Shown here piece by piece: positions 10,418-18,971 of a stretch of DNA of 64,000 bases (position 1 is its first letter; every line of letters starts with the position of its first letter). Under the pieces are notes generated by a model. The model saw only the letters and a list, made by a program, of their open reading frames with translations. It had not been told where the DNA came from and did no database searches. Both the position numbers and the translations under genes were made by a program. The stretch is taken from contig WQZP01000003.1 in assembly GCA_009780675.1 (NCBI GenBank), positions 27,427 to 91,426 of the forward strand, written 5' to 3'. Source of the DNA: Spirochaetaceae bacterium (lineage in GTDB: Bacteria > Spirochaetota > Spirochaetia > CADAEX01).

Positions 10418-11749
10418 CTATTCAGCAAAAGGAGGAATTTCAGAAAGAGTAAAAGCATCATCAACTTTTATACGCACCAGATGAATAAATTCCCGGTTAT
10501 ATCTTCTTATAAACTCATTAATAGGTCTTCTAACATTCCGCTCATAAACAAGAGGATGAAAATTGCCTTCCTCGCATATATACGGGGCAAATACAACAAC
10601 ATGGTAGTGCTGCCTTAACACAGGATTTCTGCCAAAATCTCCATTTACCGACCCAAGGTAGATATATCCTGGATTTGTGACAGTAAGATAGTATAAAATA
10701 GCTTTCAGGTTTGTAACTGAATACCCTATATCTTCCGAGTATCTTTCATAAGGAAAATTCCTTACATCTACATCAGATACCCTTGCCTTTCTTCCAGCAC
10801 TAAGCTCAAAAATAGTCATTGCAATATTTCTTGTCCAATCAAGCCCAAAAAGAGGGTCCCTTTCATCTTCAAAAACAAGACTTAAAGTATCCCTTCTATC
10901 AAAAAGGTGCTTTCTTTTAAGTTCACTTATATCCATAAGCCTGTTTGCTCTTGCAGAAAAAACACCATCTGCCACCCACTTGGCAAAACCCGAGCAATTA
11001 AAACCCATTGCTGGATTTGGGCTCCCAGTTTCTATAAAAACAAAATCTCTATTCCATTCTTGCGCACCATCATCAGAGTCATTAAGCGTGTGCAACTTTG
11101 CATCAATCGCCCGGGCAACATTCATAACAAATCTGTTTTCTGTTTCATTGTAAAATCCGCGAAGTATATCCCAGTTTACTATATAATCAGACAGCCTCAT
11201 AATTGTCTCAAAAGGTTCTGTCATAAGTCTATTAATACTGATGGGCATAAGAACATTTCTGTATATCACAGAGTTGAAGAGGGTAAACTCAAGCATTGTG
11301 CCTTCATTATGTGGATTTATCCTTAGAAATGTATTGGAATCATTGTTTAAAAAAATTTTTATCTGACAGAAAACACCACTCACAGCATCTCTTCTTATTA
11401 TATAAGTGCCAGCAGAAACCATAGGAAATTGATTCCTCTGCGCTAAAGATCTTCTTTCATTTATAAATATGAAATAATAAAAACCTCTTTCAAATACAAT
11501 CTGAAACTGAACTTTTCTGCCTGTCAAAAAACAATCTTTAATAATTGGTCTCTGATTATCTATTTCCCTGCTGGAGGCTGTCATTATATGGGTAACTTCT
11601 CTTCTTATTGCATGCGTCTCCGGGAATGAGTGGCTAAAGCTATTAGCATAAGTTGCAGTTACACCAACAAAAACAAAAATAGCTAAAAAAACCCCTAAAC
11701 CAATTTTTCGTGTCTGGCAAAATTTTAATTTATCTGATTCTCTTTCCAT
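10418..11749 (-). CDS. hypothetical membrane-anchored protein (443 aa); possible NlpC/P60-like Cys motif
   Basis: There is an N-terminal TM segment (IGLGVFLAIFVFVGVTATYA) and no strong family signature. The motif GFNCSGFAKWVADGVF resembles the NlpC/P60 catalytic 'DCSGF' block. Its start overlaps the der stop. Confidence 0.45.
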   Translation of the reverse strand: MERESDKLKFCQTRKIGLGVFLAIFVFVGVTATYANSFSHSFPETHAIRREVTHIMTASSREIDNQRPIIKDCFLTGRKVQFQIVFERGFYYFIFINERRSLAQRNQFPMVSAGTYIIRRDAVSGVFCQIKIFLNNDSNTFLRINPHNEGTMLEFTLFNSVIYRNVLMPISINRLMTEPFETIMRLSDYIVNWDILRGFYNETENRFVMNVARAIDAKLHTLNDSDDGAQEWNRDFVFIETGSPNPAMGFNCSGFAKWVADGVFSARANRLMDISELKRKHLFDRRDTLSLVFEDERDPLFGLDWTRNIAMTIFELSAGRKARVSDVDVRNFPYERYSEDIGYSVTNLKAILYYLTVTNPGYIYLGSVNGDFGRNPVLRQHYHVVVFAPYICEEGNFHPLVYERNVRRPINEFIRRYNREFIHLVRIKVDDAFTLSEIPPFAE

Positions 11750-13107
11750 GTTTTTTCTGTTTCTTTAATATTAATTTCCAATGGAATAAATCCAAGCCCA
11801 AATTTTCTTCTAATTTTATTTTTAATGTATTTAATATATGATTCGGGAAAACTTTTGCGTCTGTTAACAAAAATTAAAAATTGAGAAGGTTTTATCCCTG
11901 TTTGAGTCATATATTTTATTTTAAATCTTATTTTACCACTTAATGACGGTGGCGGATAGTCATTTGTCCATTCTTTTAATGCTTTATTAATATTTGGCGT
12001 AGAAACCCTTGTTTCAAGCTGCTTGTTAACTTTTATAGCTATTTTAAGCAAGCTGTCAAATTTTGTATCAGTCAGCGCAGAGGTAGTAACAATTGGCGCA
12101 AAATCAAGAATAGGGAAGAAAAATTTTATCCTGTCTTCCATTGCAGTCATTGCATTGGGAATGTGTTTAACCCTATCCCATTTATTTAAAACAATTATTA
12201 TCCCTTTTCCTTTTTTTACAACATGACCTGCAATTTTTTTATCCTGATCAGAAAGCCCCTCTTCTGCATCTATTAACATAAAAACAATATCACAGTCATC
12301 AATTGCTTTTATCGCACGGGTTACAGAATAATATTCAATATTTTCGGAAACTTTATTTTTCCGCCTTATCCCAGCAGTATCCATAATTTTGAATTTTGTA
12401 TTTCCATATGCAAATTCACCTTCAACTATATCTCTTGTTGTGCCTGGAATATCAGAGACAATAGAAAGCTGGGTTCCTGTAAGTTTGTTTGTTAATGTTG
12501 ATTTTCCTGTATTTGGTTTTCCCATGATCGCAAGGCGTATAACTTTCTCTTCTTCTTCATCTGAGGGGATTTCATTCTGATACTCTTTTTCGCTCAACAA
12601 CTCTTCTATCTGCTCTTCCAGAACATCGATATTATACCCATGCGCAGAAGAAACAGGCACAATCCTGTCAAACCCGTAAGAGTAGTAATTCCATATAGTA
12701 TTTTCTTTTTCAGGAGTATCAACTTTATTTATTACAAAAATAATCTTATCTTTATACTTTCTGATTTTTTCTATAAATATTTCATCTTCCGGCAATATCT
12801 CTTTTGCATCAAGAAGAAAAAGGACAATATCTGCTTGTTTAACAAAATTCAAACTTCTCTCCGAAACTATCTTCTCAATTCCTGCTGCTGATGTATTTAC
12901 TCCTCCAGTGTCCATAAGTTTTATAGTTATATTTCCAAGTTCATATAACTCACTTACAGCATCTCTGGTAACCCCAGGAGTAGGGTCGGTAATTGATTTT
13001 CTTTTCCCTAAAATTCTGTTAAAAAGAGTTGATTTGCCAACATTAGGCCTTCCAGCTATAACAACTACAGGATATTTTTCGTTAGATAAGTCCACTAAAT
13101 CTTTCAT
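11725..13107 (-). CDS. der: ribosome-biogenesis GTPase Der (EngA)
   Basis: Two tandem G-domains with P-loops GRPNVGKST and GKPNTGKST, followed by a KH-like C-terminal domain. Confidence 0.9.
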   Translation of the reverse strand: MKDLVDLSNEKYPVVVIAGRPNVGKSTLFNRILGKRKSITDPTPGVTRDAVSELYELGNITIKLMDTGGVNTSAAGIEKIVSERSLNFVKQADIVLFLLDAKEILPEDEIFIEKIRKYKDKIIFVINKVDTPEKENTIWNYYSYGFDRIVPVSSAHGYNIDVLEEQIEELLSEKEYQNEIPSDEEEEKVIRLAIMGKPNTGKSTLTNKLTGTQLSIVSDIPGTTRDIVEGEFAYGNTKFKIMDTAGIRRKNKVSENIEYYSVTRAIKAIDDCDIVFMLIDAEEGLSDQDKKIAGHVVKKGKGIIIVLNKWDRVKHIPNAMTAMEDRIKFFFPILDFAPIVTTSALTDTKFDSLLKIAIKVNKQLETRVSTPNINKALKEWTNDYPPPSLSGKIRFKIKYMTQTGIKPSQFLIFVNRRKSFPESYIKYIKNKIRRKFGLGFIPLEINIKETEKTWKENQIN

Positions 13108-14824
13108 TAAACCAGCTCTCTACAAAGGAATTTATTTCTGTTCCTGAGCCCATTTGCATAATAGTATCTATAATTTTTTCTGCTTCTTTTACTTCAACAT
13201 TTCTTATTACTTTTTTTGCCAAAGGGATCGACGCAGGGCTCATGCTAAAAAATTCAAGCCCCAAGCCCAACAGAACAATAATAGCTTTTGGATCTCCGCC
13301 CATTTCACCGCAAAGACTAACAGGAATACCAGCTTTTTTTCCTGCATCAATCGTCATCTTAATAAGTCTTAAAAGAGCAGGATGATACATCTGATAAAGA
13401 TAAGCAATTTTTTCATTGCCTCTGTCTATTGCTATTGTATATTGAATCAAATCATTTGTTCCAATAGAGAAAAAATCCACTTTTTTTGCAAGAAATTCAA
13501 CTGCAAGCACTGCAGATGGGACTTCAATCATTATGCCAACAGGTATTTTATCTTTAAACTCCTGCTTTTTAGCCATTAACTCCAGTTTTATTTCTTCTAT
13601 CATCTTCAAAGTTGCATCTACTTCTTCTATACAGGAAACCATTGGAACCATTATTTTTAAGTTTCCATATATCGAAGCTCTATATAACGCTCTTAACTGT
13701 TTTTTAAAAATAGTTCTGCTTGAAAGGCAAAATCTTATTCCTCTCCACCCAAGAAGCGGGTTTCTCTCGCGGATTTCTTCGTAGTTAGGGATAATTTTAT
13801 CCCCGCCTATATCGAGAGTCCTTATTGTAACAGGTTTTTCTCCCATATCCTGAAGAATTGCCTTATATACTTCAAACTGTTGATCTTCGCTATTATAAAG
13901 CTGGGACTGAAGAAGGAGAAATTCTGACCTAAACAGCCCAATACCATCTGCAGCATGGCTTTTTACAGATTCAAGCTCCTGTGGAACTTCAATATTAGCT
14001 GCTACAGTTATTTTTTTACCATCATTTGTAACAGCTTCTTTTTTTACATATGATTTAAGGTGTAAACCAATTTCTTCCTGTCTTTTTATTTTTTCAAGGT
14101 ATATTTTTATTGTTTCTTCATCAGGATCTAAAATTACAATGCCTGCGGTTCCATCTACAATAATGTCATCGCCTGTTTTTACACTGCGCGTTATACTAAA
14201 CAACCCTACTACAGCAGGTATTTCAAAAGCTCTTGCAATTATGGCAGTATGCGATGTTTTGCCACCTACGTCTAATACAATACCTTTTACATTTTTCTTA
14301 TCCATTTCTATTGCATCTGTAGGCAAAAGATCATGCGCTACGATTATACACTCTTTTTCAAGGTCTGTAAGTTTTACTCTTTCCTTAAACATAAGATTGT
14401 TCAAAATGCGCTTGGCAATATCACGCAGGTCGCTTACTCTTTCTTCCATATACAGGTTCTGTGAAGCGTTTAATTTCTCTATCTGAACCCCTATTGCTTC
14501 ATAAAAAACCCATTCAACATTTAAAAGTTTTTCACTTAAAGCAGTTTTTATCCCGCCATTAAACGATTCATCTGAAATCATCAATATATGCGAATCAATC
14601 ATTGCGATCTCATTTTCGCTTACATTCATTAACTTGGCAGCTTCTTTTATTGCTTCAAGTTCGTTTTTCGCTTTTTCAGATGCTGAAATAAGCCTTGAGA
14701 ATTCTAATTCAATTTGGTCTTTTCCTATTTTAAACTTTGGGACCTTAAGGCGTTCTTCCTGATACAGAAAGACTTTGCCAATATAAACGCCTGGTGAGGC
14801 AGAAATACCACTAATAGTTTTCAT
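13082..14824 (-). CDS. ptsI: phosphoenolpyruvate-protein phosphotransferase (PTS enzyme I)
   Basis: Phospho-His region GGKTSHTAIIARAFEIPAVVG and the PEP-utilizing C-terminal signatures (IEVPSA, FFSIGTNDLIQYT); 580 aa. Confidence 0.9.
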   Translation of the reverse strand: MKTISGISASPGVYIGKVFLYQEERLKVPKFKIGKDQIELEFSRLISASEKAKNELEAIKEAAKLMNVSENEIAMIDSHILMISDESFNGGIKTALSEKLLNVEWVFYEAIGVQIEKLNASQNLYMEERVSDLRDIAKRILNNLMFKERVKLTDLEKECIIVAHDLLPTDAIEMDKKNVKGIVLDVGGKTSHTAIIARAFEIPAVVGLFSITRSVKTGDDIIVDGTAGIVILDPDEETIKIYLEKIKRQEEIGLHLKSYVKKEAVTNDGKKITVAANIEVPQELESVKSHAADGIGLFRSEFLLLQSQLYNSEDQQFEVYKAILQDMGEKPVTIRTLDIGGDKIIPNYEEIRERNPLLGWRGIRFCLSSRTIFKKQLRALYRASIYGNLKIMVPMVSCIEEVDATLKMIEEIKLELMAKKQEFKDKIPVGIMIEVPSAVLAVEFLAKKVDFFSIGTNDLIQYTIAIDRGNEKIAYLYQMYHPALLRLIKMTIDAGKKAGIPVSLCGEMGGDPKAIIVLLGLGLEFFSMSPASIPLAKKVIRNVEVKEAEKIIDTIMQMGSGTEINSFVESWFNERFSGLI

Positions 14825-14856
14825 CTATCAATAAATATAAAGCCTTTATCGCTGCT

Positions 14857-14883
14857 TGTCAAATATGTCAAATATGTCAAATA
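14857..14883. repeat. 3 x tandem 9-mer tgtcaaata in divergent ptsI / GerMN-gene intergenic region (candidate operator)
   Basis: tgtcaaatatgtcaaatatgtcaaata read directly from the sequence. Confidence 0.5.
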
Positions 14884-14951
14884 AGCAATTTTTGTTGCTA
14901 TAAGAGCTGTTATTTTATAATTGAATAAAAAATGCCGATATTAATGTTGTC

Positions 14952-15749
14952 ATGAAGCCACAAAACAGGAAAAAAGTAAGAAAAAGGGATTTTAGGCCGG
15001 GTTGTCTTTTCTGGATAGCTCTAATTTTACTTGTTATTACCGTATTTATTGTAAACCATAAGAGAATTCAAAATGTTGTTGAAGCAACAGGGTTTTTAAA
15101 TCTTTTTTCAAAATCGAATCAGGAGCAAGAGGCAACACAGCCAAATGTAGTTCGCATAGTAGAAACTCCAGGAAATGGGGGCGCCAGGCAACAGACAACC
15201 CCTGCTACAGAACCGCAGAGAACAGAAGTAGCGCTTCCGGAAACCCAGACAGGAAGCAATGTTATTGTGAACAGAGACGCTGTTCTGGATACAGAAAGAG
15301 GATCAGAAAGCATAGCTCAACCCTATAGAGTCAGGGATAGTATTCTTTACTTTATTGCAATTACCGAAGATGGGTCTATCCATTTAAGAAAAACAACAAG
15401 AAGTATACGATTTGCAGATTCTCCGCTTACAGCTACAATGAATTCCCTGCTTAGTGGAGTATCTTCATTAGAGTTAAACAATAATCATATTTCGCTAATT
15501 CCTGAAAATACACGCCTAAATAGACTTTGGGTAGTAGATGGAACAGCTTATATGGATTTTAATGAGAATTTTCTTTTTAATTCATTTGGAAGAGAAGGAT
15601 ATATAGGGCAATTACAGCAAATTATCTATTCTGCTACTGAATTTCCCACTGTAAACCGGGTTCAGATACTTATTGCTGGAAGAACTATGAATTACCTGGG
15701 CGCAACAGGAATATATATAGGTAAACCCCTTACAAGAGCCTCTTTTTAA
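14952..15749 (+). CDS. GerMN domain-containing membrane-anchored protein
   Basis: An N-terminal TM segment, a Thr/Pro-rich linker, then a GerMN-like block (LYFIAITEDGSIHL...LLSG...LIPENTRLNRLWVVDGTAYMDFNENF...NRVQILIAGR). Confidence 0.65.
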   Translation: MKPQNRKKVRKRDFRPGCLFWIALILLVITVFIVNHKRIQNVVEATGFLNLFSKSNQEQEATQPNVVRIVETPGNGGARQQTTPATEPQRTEVALPETQTGSNVIVNRDAVLDTERGSESIAQPYRVRDSILYFIAITEDGSIHLRKTTRSIRFADSPLTATMNSLLSGVSSLELNNNHISLIPENTRLNRLWVVDGTAYMDFNENFLFNSFGREGYIGQLQQIIYSATEFPTVNRVQILIAGRTMNYLGATGIYIGKPLTRASF

Positions 15750-16510
15750 TTTATAACAAGAGAAACAAGTTTTTTGATTTCATTTTTTTCAAGCTTTTCT
15801 CTTGTTATCAAAAAAAAGAATTCGCGATTTCCTTTTGTCCCTTTTATGGGTGATTGAACAATATCCTGAACAAATGATTCTTCATCGAATAATTTATCTA
15901 TTACGGCTAAAAGTGTTTCTTTAAGTATTAAAGTACTTTCTATAACCCCTTTTTCAAGATTACATGATTCTGTCTCAAACTGTGGTTTTATCAAGGCAAT
16001 CAGTTTTTTTTCTATAGTTAAATCAAGAATTTTTGAAGCAGCATTTGTTATTGAACGAAAAGAAAGGTCTGCTACCCCTATATTTGCAGGGGGAGAGAGG
16101 GTGCTTATATCCATGATATTTGTTTTTTCATGGATTATTACCCTTTTATTGTTTCTTAATAAATAGTCTATTTGATTATATCCTACATCAATGGAGTGGA
16201 CAAAGAGCGCGTTTCTTTTGACAAGACAATCGGTAAATCCGCCTGTTGAACTTCCTGCATCTACAAATACTTTCCCTTCTGTGGCTATTTTCCAGTAATC
16301 AAGAGCATATTCAAGCTTATACCCCCCACGGGAGACATATTTTTTTTTGATTATTGTTATTTCGGAATTTTTATCAACTTTTTCTTTAGGATCTTTTATT
16401 TTAGCGCCATTAACAAGAACATTACCGCAGAGAATAAGGGCAAAGTTTTCTTCTTTTTTATCATTGCCAAAACGTTTATTTAATAAGGCAAGTAAAGAAG
16501 TATTGCTCAT
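15746..16510 (-). CDS. tlyA: TlyA-family 2'-O-ribose rRNA methyltransferase / hemolysin A
   Basis: An S4-like N-terminus plus an FtsJ-type SAM methyltransferase core (SRGGYKLEYALDYW..., VFVDAGSSTGGFTDCL). Confidence 0.85.
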   Translation of the reverse strand: MSNTSLLALLNKRFGNDKKEENFALILCGNVLVNGAKIKDPKEKVDKNSEITIIKKKYVSRGGYKLEYALDYWKIATEGKVFVDAGSSTGGFTDCLVKRNALFVHSIDVGYNQIDYLLRNNKRVIIHEKTNIMDISTLSPPANIGVADLSFRSITNAASKILDLTIEKKLIALIKPQFETESCNLEKGVIESTLILKETLLAVIDKLFDEESFVQDIVQSPIKGTKGNREFFFLITREKLEKNEIKKLVSLVIN

Positions 16511-17304
16511 ACTTTTTCATATATCCGCTCTATTGAAATGGTTTTTCCTGTCTCCGTATCTATTTCTGCAAACACTCCATTGATCATAAGCAGAGTCTCA
16601 GCCATTTCCATCTTAAGCGGCATTTGTGTTAAAAATCTTTGCACTGCTATATTTTTGTCACTTCCTATAACAGAATCTTCGGGGCCTGTCATACCTAAAT
16701 CTGTTATATAACCTGTCCCTTTGGGCAATATTTTTTCATCAGCAGTTTGAACATGGGTGTGGGTCCCTGCAACAAGACTTACCTGGCCATCAAGATATAA
16801 CGCAAGCGCTTCTTTCTCAATAGTAGATTCTGCGTGAAAATCTATTATGATTATATTTACAGATTTATCTTTTTTTATTTTTTTTATTATTTCTACAGCG
16901 CTTGTAAATGGGCAGTCAAGGTTTGACATCCCTTCCCGGCCTTCAAGATTTATAACAGCAGCTTTAACTCCTGCTTTTTCAATAATAATAAATCCATGCC
17001 CTGGAGCGCCTTCGGGATAGTTTGCGGGACGCAATACACTTGGGGTGTCCTTTAAACACTGCAGCCCTTCTGGTTTTTGCCAAACATGATTACCTGTAGT
17101 AATAACATCCCCGCCACTTTGGATAAGCTGCTCCACAGTTTTAGGGACAATTCCAAACCCTTCTGCGGAATTTTCTCCATTTATTATTACGAGGTCAACT
17201 TTTTTCTTTTTTATTATACCTTTTAGATTAAAAAAAAGAGCTCTGCACCCAGCCTGTCCGCAAACATCGCCGAGCAGCAGAACTTTAAATTTATTATCTT
17301 GCAT
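16507..17304 (-). CDS. ymdB: YmdB-family metallophosphoesterase (2',3'-cNMP phosphodiesterase)
   Basis: MQDNKFKVLLLGDVCGQAG...INGENSAEGFGI...TGNHVWQK. It lies immediately downstream of rny, as in Bacillus. Confidence 0.8.
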   Translation of the reverse strand: MQDNKFKVLLLGDVCGQAGCRALFFNLKGIIKKKKVDLVIINGENSAEGFGIVPKTVEQLIQSGGDVITTGNHVWQKPEGLQCLKDTPSVLRPANYPEGAPGHGFIIIEKAGVKAAVINLEGREGMSNLDCPFTSAVEIIKKIKKDKSVNIIIIDFHAESTIEKEALALYLDGQVSLVAGTHTHVQTADEKILPKGTGYITDLGMTGPEDSVIGSDKNIAVQRFLTQMPLKMEMAETLLMINGVFAEIDTETGKTISIERIYEKV

Positions 17305-18823
17305 ATTCTACAATACGTGTTTCTCTTATAATTGTAACTCTGATTCTTCCGGGATATCGCAACTCTGATTCAATTTTCTTTGCAATAGTTTTACACAATT
17401 CAGATGCCTGCTCATCATTTACAGTCTCATTGTTAACAATAATTCTTAGCTCCCTGCCTGCCTGTATTGCGTATGCTTTGTCTACTCCAGGAAAATCAAT
17501 TGCAATTTTTTCAAGATTTTCAAGTCTTTTGATATAATTATCAATTGTTTCACGCCTTGCACCGGGCCTTGCAGCTGATACTGCATCTGCAATCTGCACA
17601 ATTATTGATTCAATACATGAAGGCTCAATATCATTATGATGAGAACCAATTGCATTTATAATCCTTGCGTCTTCTCCCATTTTTTTAGCTGCTTCCATAC
17701 CAAGTTCTGCATGATTACTATCGCTATTTGTCTCAATCCCTTTTCCAATATCATGAAGCAATGCAGCCCTTCTTGTTATTGCTTTATTAGCGCCAACTTC
17801 TGATGCAATAAGGCTTGCTATTATGGCAACCTCTTTTGAATGTTGCAGCACATTTTGACCATAACTTGTCCTGAAATGGAGGCGACCAAGGCTTCTTATT
17901 CCCTCTGGGCTCATATTATGAATCCCAAGATCAAACAGAACCTTTTCTCCTTCTTCAAAAATAGTCTGGTTAATTTCTTTTTTTACTTTTTGCACAATTT
18001 CTTCAATTCTTGCAGGATGTATTCTTCCGTCAATTATCAGTCTCTCAAGAGCTATCTTTGCAATTTCCTTTTTAACTGGGTCAAAACAGGATATTACAAC
18101 TGCTTCAGGAGTATCATCTATAATAATATCTACCCCTGTAAGTGTTTCAAGGGTCCTTATGTTTCTCCCTTCGCGCCCTATAATCCTCCCCTTCATTTCA
18201 TCGTTTGGAAGGCTTACAGATGCTATTGTTACCTCTGAACTTACATCTGTCGCTATTCTTTGAACAGTTGAAACCAGTATTTCCCTGGCTTTTTTCTCAG
18301 CAGCAAGCTGTGCTTCCTGTTCAATCTTATTTAGAATTGTCTGAGCATCCTGTTTTGCTTCACTTTCAAGCGATTCTATTATAAGTTTTTTTGCATCAGC
18401 AGCAGATAAACCTGAAACTTTTTCCAGTTTTCTTTGCCATTCTTTCTCCTGCCCAGCCAATATAGCTTCTTTTTTTTCTATATTACTCTCACGGTCTGTA
18501 ACTGCCTGCATTTGTTTTTCAAGCAGCCCTATTTTACTATCGAGGTTGTCTTCTTTTTGAAGCAATCTTCTCTCAAAACGCTGTAGTTCGCTTCTTCTCT
18601 CCCTAAATTCCTTTTCTTGCTGATTTCTTTCTCTAAGAAGCTGGTCTTTTGTTTCCAGAATCAGCTCTTTTTTCTTTGCCTCAGCTTCTTTAGCAGCATC
18701 TTGTTTTATACGCTCAGCTTTCTGTTCAGATGATGATAGCTGAACTCTTGCATATAACCACCTAATTATCCAACCTAATATCAAACCAATGAGAGGAAGA
18801 ATTATATAAAAAATAATGTCCAT
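17294..18823 (-). CDS. rny: ribonuclease Y
   Basis: N-terminal TM helix, coiled-coil, KH domain (GRIIGREGRNIR) and HD domain (LLHDIGK). The start is reassigned to the ATG at 18821-18823 (MDIIFYIILPL...), which has a GGAGGA SD 5 nt upstream. The track ORF starts 20 codons earlier. Confidence 0.9.
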   Translation of the reverse strand: MDIIFYIILPLIGLILGWIIRWLYARVQLSSSEQKAERIKQDAAKEAEAKKKELILETKDQLLRERNQQEKEFRERRSELQRFERRLLQKEDNLDSKIGLLEKQMQAVTDRESNIEKKEAILAGQEKEWQRKLEKVSGLSAADAKKLIIESLESEAKQDAQTILNKIEQEAQLAAEKKAREILVSTVQRIATDVSSEVTIASVSLPNDEMKGRIIGREGRNIRTLETLTGVDIIIDDTPEAVVISCFDPVKKEIAKIALERLIIDGRIHPARIEEIVQKVKKEINQTIFEEGEKVLFDLGIHNMSPEGIRSLGRLHFRTSYGQNVLQHSKEVAIIASLIASEVGANKAITRRAALLHDIGKGIETNSDSNHAELGMEAAKKMGEDARIINAIGSHHNDIEPSCIESIIVQIADAVSAARPGARRETIDNYIKRLENLEKIAIDFPGVDKAYAIQAGRELRIIVNNETVNDEQASELCKTIAKKIESELRYPGRIRVTIIRETRIVEYAR

Positions 18824-18971
18824 TCTCTTCCTCCATTTATTTTTTAATAGAAAATAATAACTATTTTTTATGGTAGTTGTCAAGAATTTTCATGATAGTC
18901 TAGCTAACAAGTGGCAATTTAAGGGTATAATAGTGAAATTTATTAAAAAAAACGGTTTTTTTCTTATCAAA

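Noticed and set aside
18884-18971. A-run/T-run palindrome (aaaaaaaacggttttttt) between rny and the 999-aa gene
   Set aside because: It is almost entirely A/T with a 1 to 2-bp GC core, so it is unlikely to form a stable terminator stem.
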